A DNA stretch of 64,000 bases from Podarcis gaigeae (lineage: Eukaryota): NCBI GenBank assembly GCA_964106915.2, contig OZ066920.1; one strand, 5' to 3'. Under the pieces are notes generated by a model. That model was not told where the DNA came from and made no database searches. It saw only the letters and a list, made by a program, of their open reading frames with translations. Made by a program: the position numbers and the translations under genes. This document shows positions 1-12,420 of this stretch, in pieces (position 1 is the stretch's first letter; each line of letters starts with the position of its first letter).

Positions 1-124
1 AAAGATAAGTAGCCCTACCCCACACTGACTATTCCCTCAAACCTTGGAAAAATATTGCCCAGTTTCACCACCAATGGGGCTGCAAACTTGAGGTCGTATG
101 TGTTCTCAGCCATAGAATTTATTT

Positions 125-1702
125 ATGACCAGATGTGGTCCAGCCGATGTGGACAGACTCCTCCGAGCTGGAAAGCCCACCACCTGTCCTCTTGACCCGT
201 GCCCGTCATGGCTGATTAGAGCATGTCCAGACGAGGTGCGGGCCCCCCTGGGGGATATCATCAATTTGTCCCTTGGCACCGGGATATTCCCAGGGGAACT
301 GAAGGAGGCAGTGGTGCGTCCTCTCTTAAAGAAAACATCATTAGATCCCTTAGATCTATCCAATTACCACCCGGTCTCGAATCTTCCATTCCTGGGTAAG
401 GTGATTGAGAGAGCGGTTGCTGAACAGCTTGGTAGGTTTCTGGATGAAACATCTGCTCTGGATCCATTCCAGTCCGGCTTCCGCGCTGGCCATGGAACCG
501 AGATGGCTCTGGTCGCCCTAACAGATGATCTCCGCAGGCAGCTGGATCGAGGCGGGTCGGGGCTGCTGATTCTTCTAGATCTGTCAGCAGCCTTCGACAT
601 GGTCGATCACAAACTCCTGGACCACCGCCTTGCCGACGTGGGGATCCAGGGCACAGTCCTTCAATGGCTGCGCTCGTTTCTCTCTGGTCGGGGACAGAGG
701 GTGGCGCTTGGGGGGGAATTGTCATCGCGCCACCCCTTGGTGTGTGGAGTGCCTCAGGGTGCGATTCTCTCCCCAATGCTTTTTAACATCTTTATGCGCC
801 CCCTCGCCCAGCTTGCCCGGAGTTTTGGGCTGGGCTGCCATCAGTATGCTGATGACACCCAACTCTATCTGTTGATGGATGGCCATCCTGACTCGGCCCC
901 AGACACACTGGCGAGATGTCTGGAAGCTGTGGCTGGATGGTTACGTGGGAGCCGGTTGAAGTTAAATCCTTCGAAGACAGAGGTCCTCTGGCTGGGCCGG
1001 GACGATATGGGATTGAGGGGGCAACTCCCATCTCTTGCGGGGGTGCAATTGGTGCCAGCACCGTCCGTTAAGAGTTTGGGTGTAATCTTCGATGCCTCCC
1101 TCTCTATGGAGGCGCAGATTACAGCTATAACAAAGGCGGCATTTTTTCATCTCCGCCAAGCTAAGCAGTTGGCCCCTTATCTCTCTCGCCCTGACCTAGC
1201 CACTGTGATCCATGCGACGGTCACCTCCAGACTGGATTATTGTAACTCGCTCTACGTGGGGCTGCCCTTGAGACTGACCCAGAAACTCCAGCGGGTGCAG
1301 AATGCCGCGGCGAGACTCCTTATGGGGTCTTCACTGTGAGATCACATTCACCCAGTACTATACCAGCTACACTGGCTCCCGGTGGAGTACAGGATCAGGT
1401 TTAAGGTGCTGGTTTTAACCTTTAAAGCCCTATACGGCCTAGGACCCTCGTACCTATGGGACCGCCTCTCCTGGTATGCCCCACAGAGAAACCTACGGTC
1501 TGCAAATAATAACATCCTCAAGGTCCCAGGCCTCAGAGAGGTTAGGCTGGCCTCAACTAGAGCCAGGGCCTTCTCGGCTGCGGCTCCAATCTGGTGGAAC
1601 GCTCTGTCACAAGAGACTAGGGCCCTGCGGGACCTGACATCTTTCCGCAGGGCCTGCAAGACAGAGTTGTTCCACCAGGCCTTTGGTCAGGGCGCAGCCT
1701 GA
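125..1702 (+). pseudogene. L2 ORF2 reverse transcriptase C-terminal part with one in-frame stop
   Basis: ORFs 125-1339 and 1382-1702 share a frame. A single TGA at 1337-1339 interrupts SL*DHIHPVLYQLHWLPVEYRIRFK. Confidence 0.88.
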
Positions 1703-1877
1703 CTCCCTCCTCTGGCAACCTGCACAGAATATTACTTAATTGGTTGCCATTAATTTGATTTTAATTAATTTTTATAATGAATATTTTGAATGTGTGATTA
1801 TTTGATTGTTTGATTATTTTATTATTGTTAGCCGCCCTGAGCCCGGCTTCGGCTGGGGAGGGCGGGATATAAATAAA

Positions 1878-1914
<37 letters not shown>
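125..1914 (+). mobile_element. L2-clade LINE, 5'-truncated, young, with (ATT)n tail
   Basis: RT motifs LDPCPSWL, QSGFR, LDLSAAFD, GVPQGAILSP, YADDTQLY, LKLNPSKTE, SRLDYCNSL. The 3' UTR ends AATAAAA followed by (TAT)n at ~1880-1914. Confidence 0.92.
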
Positions 1915-1916
1915 GA

Positions 1917-2082
1917 ATGGTCACAGAAATCGGACAGCGAGAAATGTTCGAAAACACAATCAGCATCAGAAACCCATGAAATGCTCACAATTGTGTACGG
2001 AGATGAAGCTGTAACTTGAAAAACAGTGTATTGGTGGTTTAAGCATTTCCGTGAAGGGCAGCAAACCATCGAAGATGAATAG
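1917..2082 (+). mobile_element. mariner-type transposase N-terminal (HTH) relic
   Basis: Manual translation SASETHEMLTIVYGDEAVT*KTVYWWFKHFREGQQTIEDE resembles the mariner N-terminal DNA-binding region. It is frameshifted relative to the ATG at 1917. Confidence 0.7.
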
Positions 2083-2969
2083 GATTGCTACCTAATTACA
2101 TTAACATCAATAAGATTTAGGCTGCAGCCCTATGCAACTTTGTCTGGAAGTAAGTCCCGCAGAACACTAGGCATACAGCTAAGATTTAAACACACGGTGT
2201 ATTGCTCTTATATTAGCACAAGCTATAGGAAATGGGAAAACAATTGCCCAAGAGATGCTGCATGGAACAAATGTATATGGCAGGGCCATGTAACCTGAAC
2301 CTTTACTGGCTAATTATGGCTTGGTGTTTGAAAGCTTTTCCTGTAAATCTATCCAGGAATAAAATTAAAAGTAGGGTTTAAAAAAGCGGACAAGTAGAAA
2401 GGGATAAGGTATAAATTCAAAATATGTGATTCCATCAGCACTTTAAAAAGTAATCATATTCTAAAGCCATATCTCCCTGATTTAGCATTCTATGCTTGAA
2501 GGAAAGAATTCATTGTCTTCTGTTTTCAAACTACTTGCGGCTATCAATCTGTAGCACTCATTATATATATTATATTGCCTACTGCATGCATTCCTCAGGG
2601 AAGGGCTTCATGCTGATATTTCAGCAGGAATCTCAACACAGAGTAAGTGTGAGAAAATCTGTTATCTGTAATATAACAGTGACAACTTTGTAATATATTG
2701 GCTTTCTTTGGATCTTAGAAAATCAGATAGTGTTTTGCACACAATCTGGTACCCTTTCATAGGGAGAACTTGTTTGGCAATGATATTCTCCCTCTTTTAC
2801 TGTTACTGGATCTATGGTTGATATTGCATTTGTCTCTGTCAGTGGGAAACGTTTGCCTTAATTTTTTTTAAAAAAACCCAAATGCATTTATTCAACATTT
2901 ATACCAGGAAAGGGAAACTACCTGCCCATGAGGACTCCCCACCCAGGCACTTTCTACGTATCCAAAAAT

Positions 2970-3590
2970 CATTGCTTTCAAGTGTCCCTTATTTGAAGGG
3001 ACAGTCCCTTATTCCAGCGCCATGTCCCACTGCTGTCCCCTATTGATGGATGTCCCTTAAATGTCCCTTAAATGATGCCCCTTAAATGATGTCCCTTAAA
3101 TTTCAAAGGAAGCAGCTCCTCTCTCTCCCTCCCTGCCGGCCAGGGAGGACGGAGGCTCCAACTGTGTTGCTTGGCTGTGGTGCTAACCCAATAAGAAGTC
3201 TAAGAACGACTGGGGGGTGGAGCTTGCTTGCCTTGTATGTGGCTAGTTAATGCAAGCTGAGGGGTTTTTTGAATGCTGGACGCCATTTTGTTGCACGTGC
3301 TGCTGCAAACTTTGCAGTGCAAAGCCAGGCTGGGGAGCCATCTTAAGTTGAGGCTGCATAGGCCTTGTGGTGCATGTGATTCAGATTCTATTCAGTTGAA
3401 CCTCTGGTTACAAAGTTGGTTGGACAGTGTTCTCGAAGCTACCCAGCATGAGTTTGACCAGACTGCAGGAGGACAGGAAGACTGGAGTGCCTGGAACAGG
3501 TGAGGCTGCGAGTCCCTTATTTTGGCTGCTGGTCCCTTATTTTCAAGGCTGCTGGTCCCTTATTTTCAAATCTGTAAGTTGACAGCTATG
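2970..3590. mobile_element. Unclassified non-autonomous DNA element with GTCCCTTA repeats
   Basis: Imperfect termini cattgctttcaag / gttgacagctatg. Clustered gtccctta(t/a) motifs occur at both ends. Related to 36435-37028. Confidence 0.65.
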
Positions 3591-5145
3591 GTTTTAGGCT
3601 TTGCCTGGGACACTTCTAAATTGGACAAATTGAAATAAACGAAGGGGTTTGTGTATACTCACAGTGAAATAAAAGATGTCAACATTGCAAATCATAATCC
3701 AATGGGGAAATTGAGTTTTGAGAAACGGGCACAGAATCTGAAGTTGTGTTTATGCTTTATTTAATGCATTTTGAGTAGTACTAATGAGATAAGATAGAAG
3801 CCATACATAAAATAGGAATCTGGTCTGTCCTTCATGATACAAAGACATTTTTCAGAGAATACCATTGTTCAAAATGCACTGGGTTATCATAATAATATAT
3901 ATGTAATGTACAGCAACATCAGATTTCACCATTTCTCTTTGAACTGTAACCTAGTGCTACCACTTAATTTTTTTTACTGTTTAGAGAAAAAAAATTATTA
4001 CAGTTTTTCAATTCTGTGTCAGTTGACACATGATTGCACACAATATCCAACCATGAAGCCCTTGAGGTTTATTAAAATAGTTTAAGACACAGCAATTTCA
4101 TTAAACAAGAAGAAATGCTGGTCTTATACTAGGAAATATCCTGTACTAAAAATTGCAGCTTGACTTGGCATATTACAAGCTGAAGGGTCGAAGCATTTAA
4201 ATGCAATTTTAATAGAACTCACAGCCAACTAACACAGCTGGAGCCCTGTCACTTTGCATCTTAGGGGACAGTATTGGCACTCTCAATGTAAAATAGAAAG
4301 GATACCCTTGGAACATAGCTATGGAATATCACCTTTCCCCCTTTTTGGACCTGCTAACACAGCTTGACTAAAGCAATTAGGTCCAACCTAAAAGAATGAG
4401 TGCAAAATCATTGAAACCACATTTAGAATTTATACATTACATATGCTCAATATAATGTCACTCAGATCAGCCTGCAACAGCAATAAAATAATAAAGCAAA
4501 ATATGGAAACCTACAATATTTACAATATCAAATTAAAAAGCAAATTTCTAAGCAGTTAACACTTCAGTAACTTATATGGCATATAACTAAATAATAGTGT
4601 GTAAAGGTGTGCAGAGGTGTAGAAACATTTGGCTTTTGCAAGACTGGAATGAAGAGGACTAAACAAAAGTTAATAATCACATCCATTGCTTTGTCCACTT
4701 TTCTGGGCCTCAATTTTTGGCCCAAGTCAGCCTTCTCCGTCCCCTCAATAATAGAGGGGCTGAGTCCCTGTTAGGAATATTGAGGGGCTGAGGACGCCTC
4801 TGCCCCCTAGAATTGGCACACCTGCAGCCCACAGTAGATTGCCCACAAGAGAATGCAGCCCTTGGGATGAAGAAAAGTTCCCCACCTGCATTATAGTTAA
4901 CTTGGTTAATTATTACTACGGCAGCCCTTGAATTTCAATATCAGTAATATTTGTTACTCCACAAGATATTCCATTTTGCAGGTTGTACTGTACAACAGTC
5001 ATTAACATACTGAGAATTCCATTCTACTGAAACTAATCTAAGAGATACTAAAGTCCAAATGCAAATTATGAGAGATGATAACAAAAGATGTGAAATATTT
5101 TGGACATGTACCAAACTTGAAAATGGTCCCACCAAATTTATTAAT

Positions 5146-6125
5146 ATAATAATAATACCTTTCTTGCCAATGTACAATCTGTGTACAATGAAATTAACCA
5201 AGCCTCCCTCCCCCCCTCCACATACACTCAATCACATTGCATTCTGCTTGTCACACAACACACCAACCCTGAAAGTCAGTTGCACTATATTATTGTCCGT
5301 TCAGCAGCCTAACAGTCCACAGATAGAAACTGTTTTTTAGCCTGTTGCTACGACTGATTATACTTCTATATCTCTTGCCTGAGGGTAGAAGATTAAAGAG
5401 GTGCTGGCCGGGGTGTGAATCATCCCTCCTAATTTTTCTCGCTCTCCTAAGGCAATGATCCTTGTGATGTCATCTAGTGGGCTCAGGGAACAGTGCTGTG
5501 TTCACCACCCTCTGTAAAGACTTTCTGTCCGTGGCTGTCAAGCCAATGTAACGCACTTTGATACAATAGGAGAGGACACTTTGTATTGTGGACCGGTAGA
5601 AGGAGGTCATCAATTGTTGTTTAACTTTGTTCTTTCGCAAGACCCTGAGGAAATGGAGTCTCTGTTGGGCCTTCCTAACCACCTGAGTTATATTGTTTTT
5701 CCAAGTGAAGTCTTCACTAAGGTAAACTCCCAGGAATTTAAAGGAAGATTCTCTCTACACCCTACCCCCCAACCCCCGATATACAACATGGCTAGTTCCC
5801 CTCTCTTCCTCCAAAAGTCCAACACCATCTCCTTTGTCTTGCTAATATTTAGATGCAAGTTATTCTCTACGCACCTTGTCAATACTTTTTGAACATCCCC
5901 CCTGTACACTGATTCATCTCCACCTGTAATTAGACCGATTTTGGTAGTATCATTTGCAAACTTAATAATTGTGGTGGATGGATCAGATTAAATACAGTCA
6001 TATGCATACAACAAGTACAGGTAGGGACTCAGCACACATCCCTGTGGGGTGCCAGTGCTGAGCTTCAGGGAGGTAGATGTAACAGGCCCAATCCTCACTG
6101 TTTGTGTCTGATCCCTCAGAAAGTC
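5146..6125 (-). mobile_element. Rex1/Babar-type LINE, 5'-truncated and degenerate
   Basis: Minus-strand fragments QTVRIGPVTSTSLKLSTGTPQGCVLSPYLY, NNLHLNISKTKEMVLDF and KAQQRLHFLRVLRK...FYRSTIQSVLSYCI are characteristic of Rex1/Babar RT. The 3' end has a short (TAT)n tail. Confidence 0.8.
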
Positions 6126-7507
6126 TTTATGAATGGTTTTGTTAAAATAAAATAAATCTCTAGAATTTTTGTGTGTGGTTGCAACCTCATAATATATGAG
6201 AAGCTCAAGCACATTATTTGAAGCTTAAGAAAAATGTCTGTGCATATTGATGCTAAAAATTATGTAAAGGTTTGCATTTGCAAAAGCATGGAAATTTACA
6301 TTAAGTGAGAGGTTCCACTCTAGGTGAAAGAGGAGGTCTGGTGTTTTTTCATTTCACAGGCTTAGGCTACCTGATGACTCATCATTGCAAGAAACCTAAG
6401 CTACAAAGTGCTCAAGAAGATAATTGCAGGCACTCTTGGGGGATGCTGATTATCCTGTCAGTAAGGTAAATCTTCCTGTTCTTTGACATTTGTGGGAAGG
6501 CTATGCTCACTGCACCATCTCTTTAAGAGGTAGGACCAGAAGAGTCTTTTCCAGTGGCCATAGGATATATAGATAAGCCTCTTTGACATTAGAGACAGAA
6601 GTCCTTTCTGACACCACTTGCCTCTTTGAATCTCTGGCCCAACTAATGGATCCCTGGCAGCAGAAGGGCCCCAAAAGGGGGCATGTTGGGGAGCAGTTGT
6701 GGTCCAAAGGATTTTCAGGCCTTCCAGTTCCCTGGGACACACACCTAAACTTGGAGAAAATTTAGGCATACTTTTAAATGTATCTAAAACTCTTCCAACT
6801 CTTCCAATGGGAGAGCAAATGGCCAAGCCAGACATGGAGGGAGAAATGAAGACCATTTCTATGCCCTCAGTTTCACCTTTGTAATTCATCAAGCTTCTCA
6901 TTAGGATTGCAGCCTTAATCACCTTTCTACCAGCTAGTTAAATTTTTGCTGCTTATAATACTTATTTCTTTTTAGTGCTTTAAGTTCGATTCTGCTCATT
7001 TCACTGAATGCTCATTTCACTGAATGCTTATTTTTTGCTTTGTGTACAATGGAGATTTTTGGGGAACTTTGTAAATAACTAAATAGACAATCAATTTATG
7101 TATAGGTTCAGTTCTGTGCATGCACAGAGATCACCACACATATTTACTAGCCCTTTTCCTTCCCTCTTGCCCCTGCAGCTGATCTTGTTGCTCCCTACCA
7201 CCCTCACCAAACACTTTCAAGCTGCTCCTCTGTGGTCTGCCTCTCATATTGCATCACTCAAAATATTTTTTGTAGATGAATAACTAGTTACTTGTACGTT
7301 TTTGAACAATGAATTCTACATGGAAATGTAAGATCTGTGTACCATGGAAACATTTTAAAAAATATATATAAACACTGATTACTGTCTTTCAGGTATTTGA
7401 AGCTCAATAAATATGTGGCTAAAGAGAGGATGGAAATGAACATGTACTGTCAGTAACAATGAAGGCATTGCAACACCATAATATGAGCCAAACTAAGAGC
7501 TTGGTGT

Positions 7508-7843
7508 CTAAACCGCAGAACGTAGGGCTGGCCGATCAGAAGGTTGGTGGTTCGAATCCCTGCGATGGGTTGAGCTCCTGTTGTTCGGTTCCAGCTCCTG
7601 CCCACTTAGCAGTTTGAAAGCATGCCAAAGTGCAAGTAGATAAATAGGTACCACTCCGGAAGTTAAATGGCTTTTCTGTGTGTTGCTCTGGTTCGCCAGA
7701 AGCAGCTTAGTCATGTTGGCCACAAGAACCGGAAGTTGTCTGCAAACAAATGCCGGCTCCCTTGGCCTATAGAGCAAGATGAGCGTGCAACCCCAGACTC
7801 ATCTGCGACTGAACCTAACGGTCAGGGGTACCTTTACCTTTAC
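7508..7843 (+). mobile_element. Sauria (Squam1) SINE, 5'-truncated
   Basis: B-box ggttcgaatcc, body gtgcaagtagataaataggtacc and (ACCTTT)n tail. 15-bp TSD ctaagagcttggtgt (7493) / ctaagtgcttggtgt (7844). Confidence 0.9.
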
Positions 7844-10179
7844 CTAAGTGCTTGGTGTAAAGAAAGTATAAATTGTTTTTTCCAGACAGTTCTACAAATT
7901 AACAATTTTGTTGTTGTTGTTAATTATAGGAGTATCTCAGAGTATTTTGTTGCTTTTGCATCTCAACAGAATCAAAATATTCTAAAGGGAAATCAGCAAC
8001 CATATGGACTCGTTCCCTAGGTTCATCCATGTGACTGCAAAAGAATATGAATATATGAATATAACCTTGTAAATAATTATTCAGTAGATACTCATTCACC
8101 TGAGAAGTGTTAGGGGCAGTGGAGGTAAATGTGGACAAACCCTCACAGTCTATGGATTCAAAGGACAGGAACTGAAGTCCACTTTTGATAGTAATACAGC
8201 TATGAAGAACACTATAGAAAGACATGCTTATATATTTTGGCAAGAAAAGCTTCCCCAATGATGTAGGTACAAAGAAAAAGAAAATATAGGATTATTGTGA
8301 AAACAAGTACATAATGCAAGTAACTGATATGAATTTAATGAAAATATTTATTTAAATGGCGATATATACAATGGAGTGGGGGGGTGACAACTGTTATCCA
8401 AACAAATATCTGTAATGCTTGTAAGTACGTAAATGAAACTAAGAATATAATTTATTGTGGTACATTCTGGTGAAAACACACACACTAATCCTAAATAATA
8501 ATAAAAGTAATGATGATGATGATGGCCTTGTATTACAACACACTTTCCACCCTTTTGGATGCTTTCTGCTGATACCTCAACTCCTGTTTGTGCTTTAATG
8601 AGCAAACAGTGCTTCTTCACATGACGGCAACCCATTTTCTTGGTAGAGAGGGCATTTCTGAGCATGTAAAGAGATATCCCCTTCCCTGTTTTCTGTTATA
8701 GGACAAGTCTTTGTGGATAAGGGACCTCTGTGTGCACATTGAATATTGCTTTCCCCCCCTTCTCTGCCTGCAGTTACTGGCTGGATCAGAATACAGTATG
8801 CTTGTGCTTTCAAAGATACAGACAATATCCCAAATGCTGCTGTAGATAATGACTTAGACTAGCAAGTTCTACCACAGATTCACTGCTGGACTCAGTATGT
8901 GTTGCTTTCTCTCATACTCTGTTTCTCCTTTGTAAAGTGGCTATAACAAAAGATGTTTCAAACATTACACTTTTACCAAAATTATGTGTGAGATCATCCC
9001 AGAAGGTGACCTAATGCATAAGCTCTGAGGTGGTTCTTAGTAGCCTGCCTTGGAGAATGGATTGTGAAGTACTTTGCATGGGCAAAGTTGAACAATCATT
9101 ATGTAGCAGTTTGAAACCACACTCTAATCTTGGTAGTATAGTATTTTTACAGTCAAAGACTATTTTCTAGTGATACAGACTGATATATATCACACATATT
9201 AAAATAACAGTACCTCAATTGATCACTAAGGTCAGTTTGTAGGTCAAGGTAGGGGAAGCAGGCTATATACTTACAACTGTTAGATGCAGTGAGTCTACTA
9301 GCAAAAGAAATATAGTTAAGTAATTTGGTTGTTAATTTTCCAGTGCAGGGTCAGCAGCATCCTTTTACATGCCTTAGGCAATATATGGTTCATTGTGTAA
9401 TGGAACCTGCCAGCCTGCCAGGTATGTTTATACATCCTGCACACTGGTACCATGTACTGGAGCAGATCAGAAATTTGACTCTAATTATGGCAGCTGTGTT
9501 CACTGATGCATCCAAATTAAAAGTGACCTGTGGGAGTCAAATCTGCATTGCTTTTAGTTTGAGCATCCTTTAGGGAATTGTATAACCTATGAAACATTCT
9601 TGGGTTCATTTCAAAAAGGCACAGACTTCAAGATGCAAAATTTCAAGCACCAGTTGTCTAGTTCACACATAAAAGCACAGTGCATGCCCGCTGAGACATT
9701 TTGATCTTCAGCCAGCCAGTAAAGAACCAGATGGACAAATTTTCTAAGGCAATACAAAGTTTCTCCTTATAGCTTTGTATTTGATTCTGCCCAGTGTTCC
9801 CAACCCACCCTTCCCCATGTCCTGTGTAGTTCATTACCAGTGCACGGATGCTGTTTTCTCAGAGGCTCCTGGTGACTGTATATTCTACATTGTGGCACAG
9901 CAGTAGGGCTGCCAGGTCTTCACCCAGAGTTGGTTCTTGTCCTTTTAAAAGTTCCGAGGCACCAAGAGTGGATGGATAAAGACAAACCTGTGTAGTAGCA
10001 GTGATGTCCCAACCCCAGGCATGTATAAGCTGCAGCAGGGGAACAGAGCACATATATCAATTTGTGTGGCATGAAACTATGCCACTCTGCTCCCACACCT
10101 ACCAAGTCAATCTCTACCTTACCCAATCACAGACTGGAGAGGAGGGTGGGGCAAAGGTTCTTTTGGAAATAGTGTAATG

Positions 10180-10315
10180 CAGGCATAGGCAAACTCCGGC
10201 CCTCCAGATGTTTGGGACTACAATTCCCATCATCCCTGACCACTGGTCCTATTAGCTAGGGATGATGGATATTGTAGTCCTAAACATCTGGATGGTCGGA
10301 GTTTGCCCATGCCTG
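10180..10315. mobile_element. hAT-derived MITE (~135 bp, hairpin)
   Basis: Long TIRs caggcataggcaaactc...gagtttgcccatgcctg and a perfect 8-bp TSD gtgtaatg. Confidence 0.9.
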
Positions 10316-12113
10316 GTGTAATGGGAAGTGGCCAGATGTCATCTACGCAAATCCTTCCTCAACACAACCTAAGCCTTTCCTCTGTTGATGGACTTCTTGC
10401 ACTTGTGGACACCTGCAATTCATGGCGTACACCCACCTTTCTCCTCTTGTTTTCCCAGAAATGGTGTTTGTGAATTTGACATCGTAGGTAGGATACAAAT
10501 GTGTGCCACTACACAATTTGTATGGTGCATTTCCAGCATAATAGCTCTATAGTATTATATTTCTGCTACATAGGAGCTATGTATCTCAAACCTGGGCCAT
10601 AGTCAGCCAGGATGGGCACTGGCCAAAGGCCTGATGGCTCACTGGCCTCACCTAGCACTGCTGTCATATCCCACCCTCCCAGCTGGGCCCCCTAATAGCT
10701 GGTTTGGGGTGGAAAGGCAGCAGAGCCGCTTAAATAGGAGCCAAGCTAATGGCCACCTACCACCTTCAATGCTCTAGTATAAGCTAGAGCATTTATATAC
10801 CACCCTATTGCATTCAGATGAATCTAGCAAGTGACCACAGGGCACAAAGCAGAAGGCCTAGATGCTCCAGTAAAATAGATGGGAGGACAAGGAGAGAGGG
10901 GTGGGTGGCAGCAAAGTGACTGCAGTGCCATCCATGTCTGACAATGTTTGAAAGACTGAATGAGCCTAGAAAAACTTTGTTGCAATAGAAAATGGAGCAC
11001 AATTTGTCAAGAAGAGGATGCTGGATATACTGGAAGCCTTTGTTTAGATGCAGAATGCTTGAGGGTATAGTAAGATCTACATTGACAGAGTGGCGGGGTT
11101 CAATGTTTTTGCAGGAAAGAAAAGCTCTTTGCCTGTCTTTTCACACAAAATAACCTTCTATCAATCCAGCACGTGAGTGCCTATCAGGTATATAAAAACA
11201 GATTTTCTGCACAACTTATAAAAATGCTAAATGATATTTTTGCAACATTTCATTCCAATATCCTCAGATTTTAAGCACTGTTGTATGGATTAATTAATTG
11301 TAGCAAATTTGTTTTAAATTGAGCTGACATTCTTTTTTTGTCACTGGAATTTGGTAATGCACAGGTATTGTGTATAAATAAACTATGTTGTTTGTTATCA
11401 ATGTATTACAAATGAGCTCTTGAAACGTTTTATTCTACTGGCAGTCCTTGAATAACAATTCATTGAATTTCCAGACTTATTTCCATGGTGGGTTTAGGAA
11501 TACACGCTTTAAAAAAACACAATACAAATTTCATCTAAATTATTTTTTATTTACTGGTTTAACTGGCAGCTCCACTGCACTCTGGGTGGTTTATTTGCAC
11601 TTGTTAATGTCAAAACTGTCTCTTAATGGTGGTTTTCAAATGTTGATTAATGAGGAGTTTTAAAATTTATTACAGATTGCTTCTTCAGTGCTCTTTAAGC
11701 AACTGTGTGATTTAAACAAATAAACTAACAACTACAAAATACTCTGCATTTGTTAGCAGCCCTATTAATCCTTGTACCACTTAGGAGGGTCATACTAATA
11801 ACACTGACCGCACTGGTGAGAATGTATTGCCTCAGCAGCACATAAAAATTATTTTTATAGGATTCATCACAGTAAGTGGCTTGCACCCTTTTCCACATTA
11901 TGAACACAGCGTATCACCTTGCATGTGTATAAGCTACCCATCCCTCTCATTCTTTTATTGACACATATATTGTACTGTCAGCTCACCGGAACCACTTGAG
12001 CTGTGCAACCCACAGCATGCACCAACCACTCACACTTTGTCTGTACAGAAAGGAATGCTTCAACATTCTCTCATTTTGCCTACTTAAGGGGAACACAGGC
12101 ATTCTGTGCATGG

Positions 12114-12420
12114 TTTTATTTATTAAATTTGTATACAGCCATTCATCAAAAGATCACAAGACTGCTCACAACGTAAAAATACAAAATGAGACAACACAAA
12201 ACACATTTTTTAAAAAACCCCAATAACTTCCCCTCCCACATTATGGTATTGCTCAAGGACTGAAGTTTTCACTTGGGAAACCATCTGAAGTATGACATTC
12301 TCAGGACATCCATGGCCAAGCAAAACAGAAAGCAAGTACAGATGATGCACTGCTGCTGGAGCAGTTGCTAGTGGATGCACTATGGTGTAGCAAGAACATC
12401 CTGAGTGTACAGTCACTGTT
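12114..12420 (-). mobile_element. Old L2-like 3' fragment
   Basis: Begins tttatttattaaatttgtatacagccattcatc, resembling the reverse of an L2 3' end. Highly degenerate. Confidence 0.4.

Noticed and set aside
106-1659. Minus-strand and alternative-frame ORFs over the L2
   Set aside because: Shadow frames of the RT ORF.
3020-3110. Spaced short repeats resembling a CRISPR array
   Set aside because: Eukaryotic context, ~8-13 bp irregular units, no unique spacers and no cas genes. They are transposon subterminal repeats.
6458-6922. 154-aa minus-strand ORF as a possible XKR4 exon
   Set aside because: No similarity to XK-family sequence and no recognisable domain.
6993-7028. Short tandem duplications (also ~24318, ~44692, ~53345)
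   Set aside because: Ordinary 9-17 bp slippage duplications.
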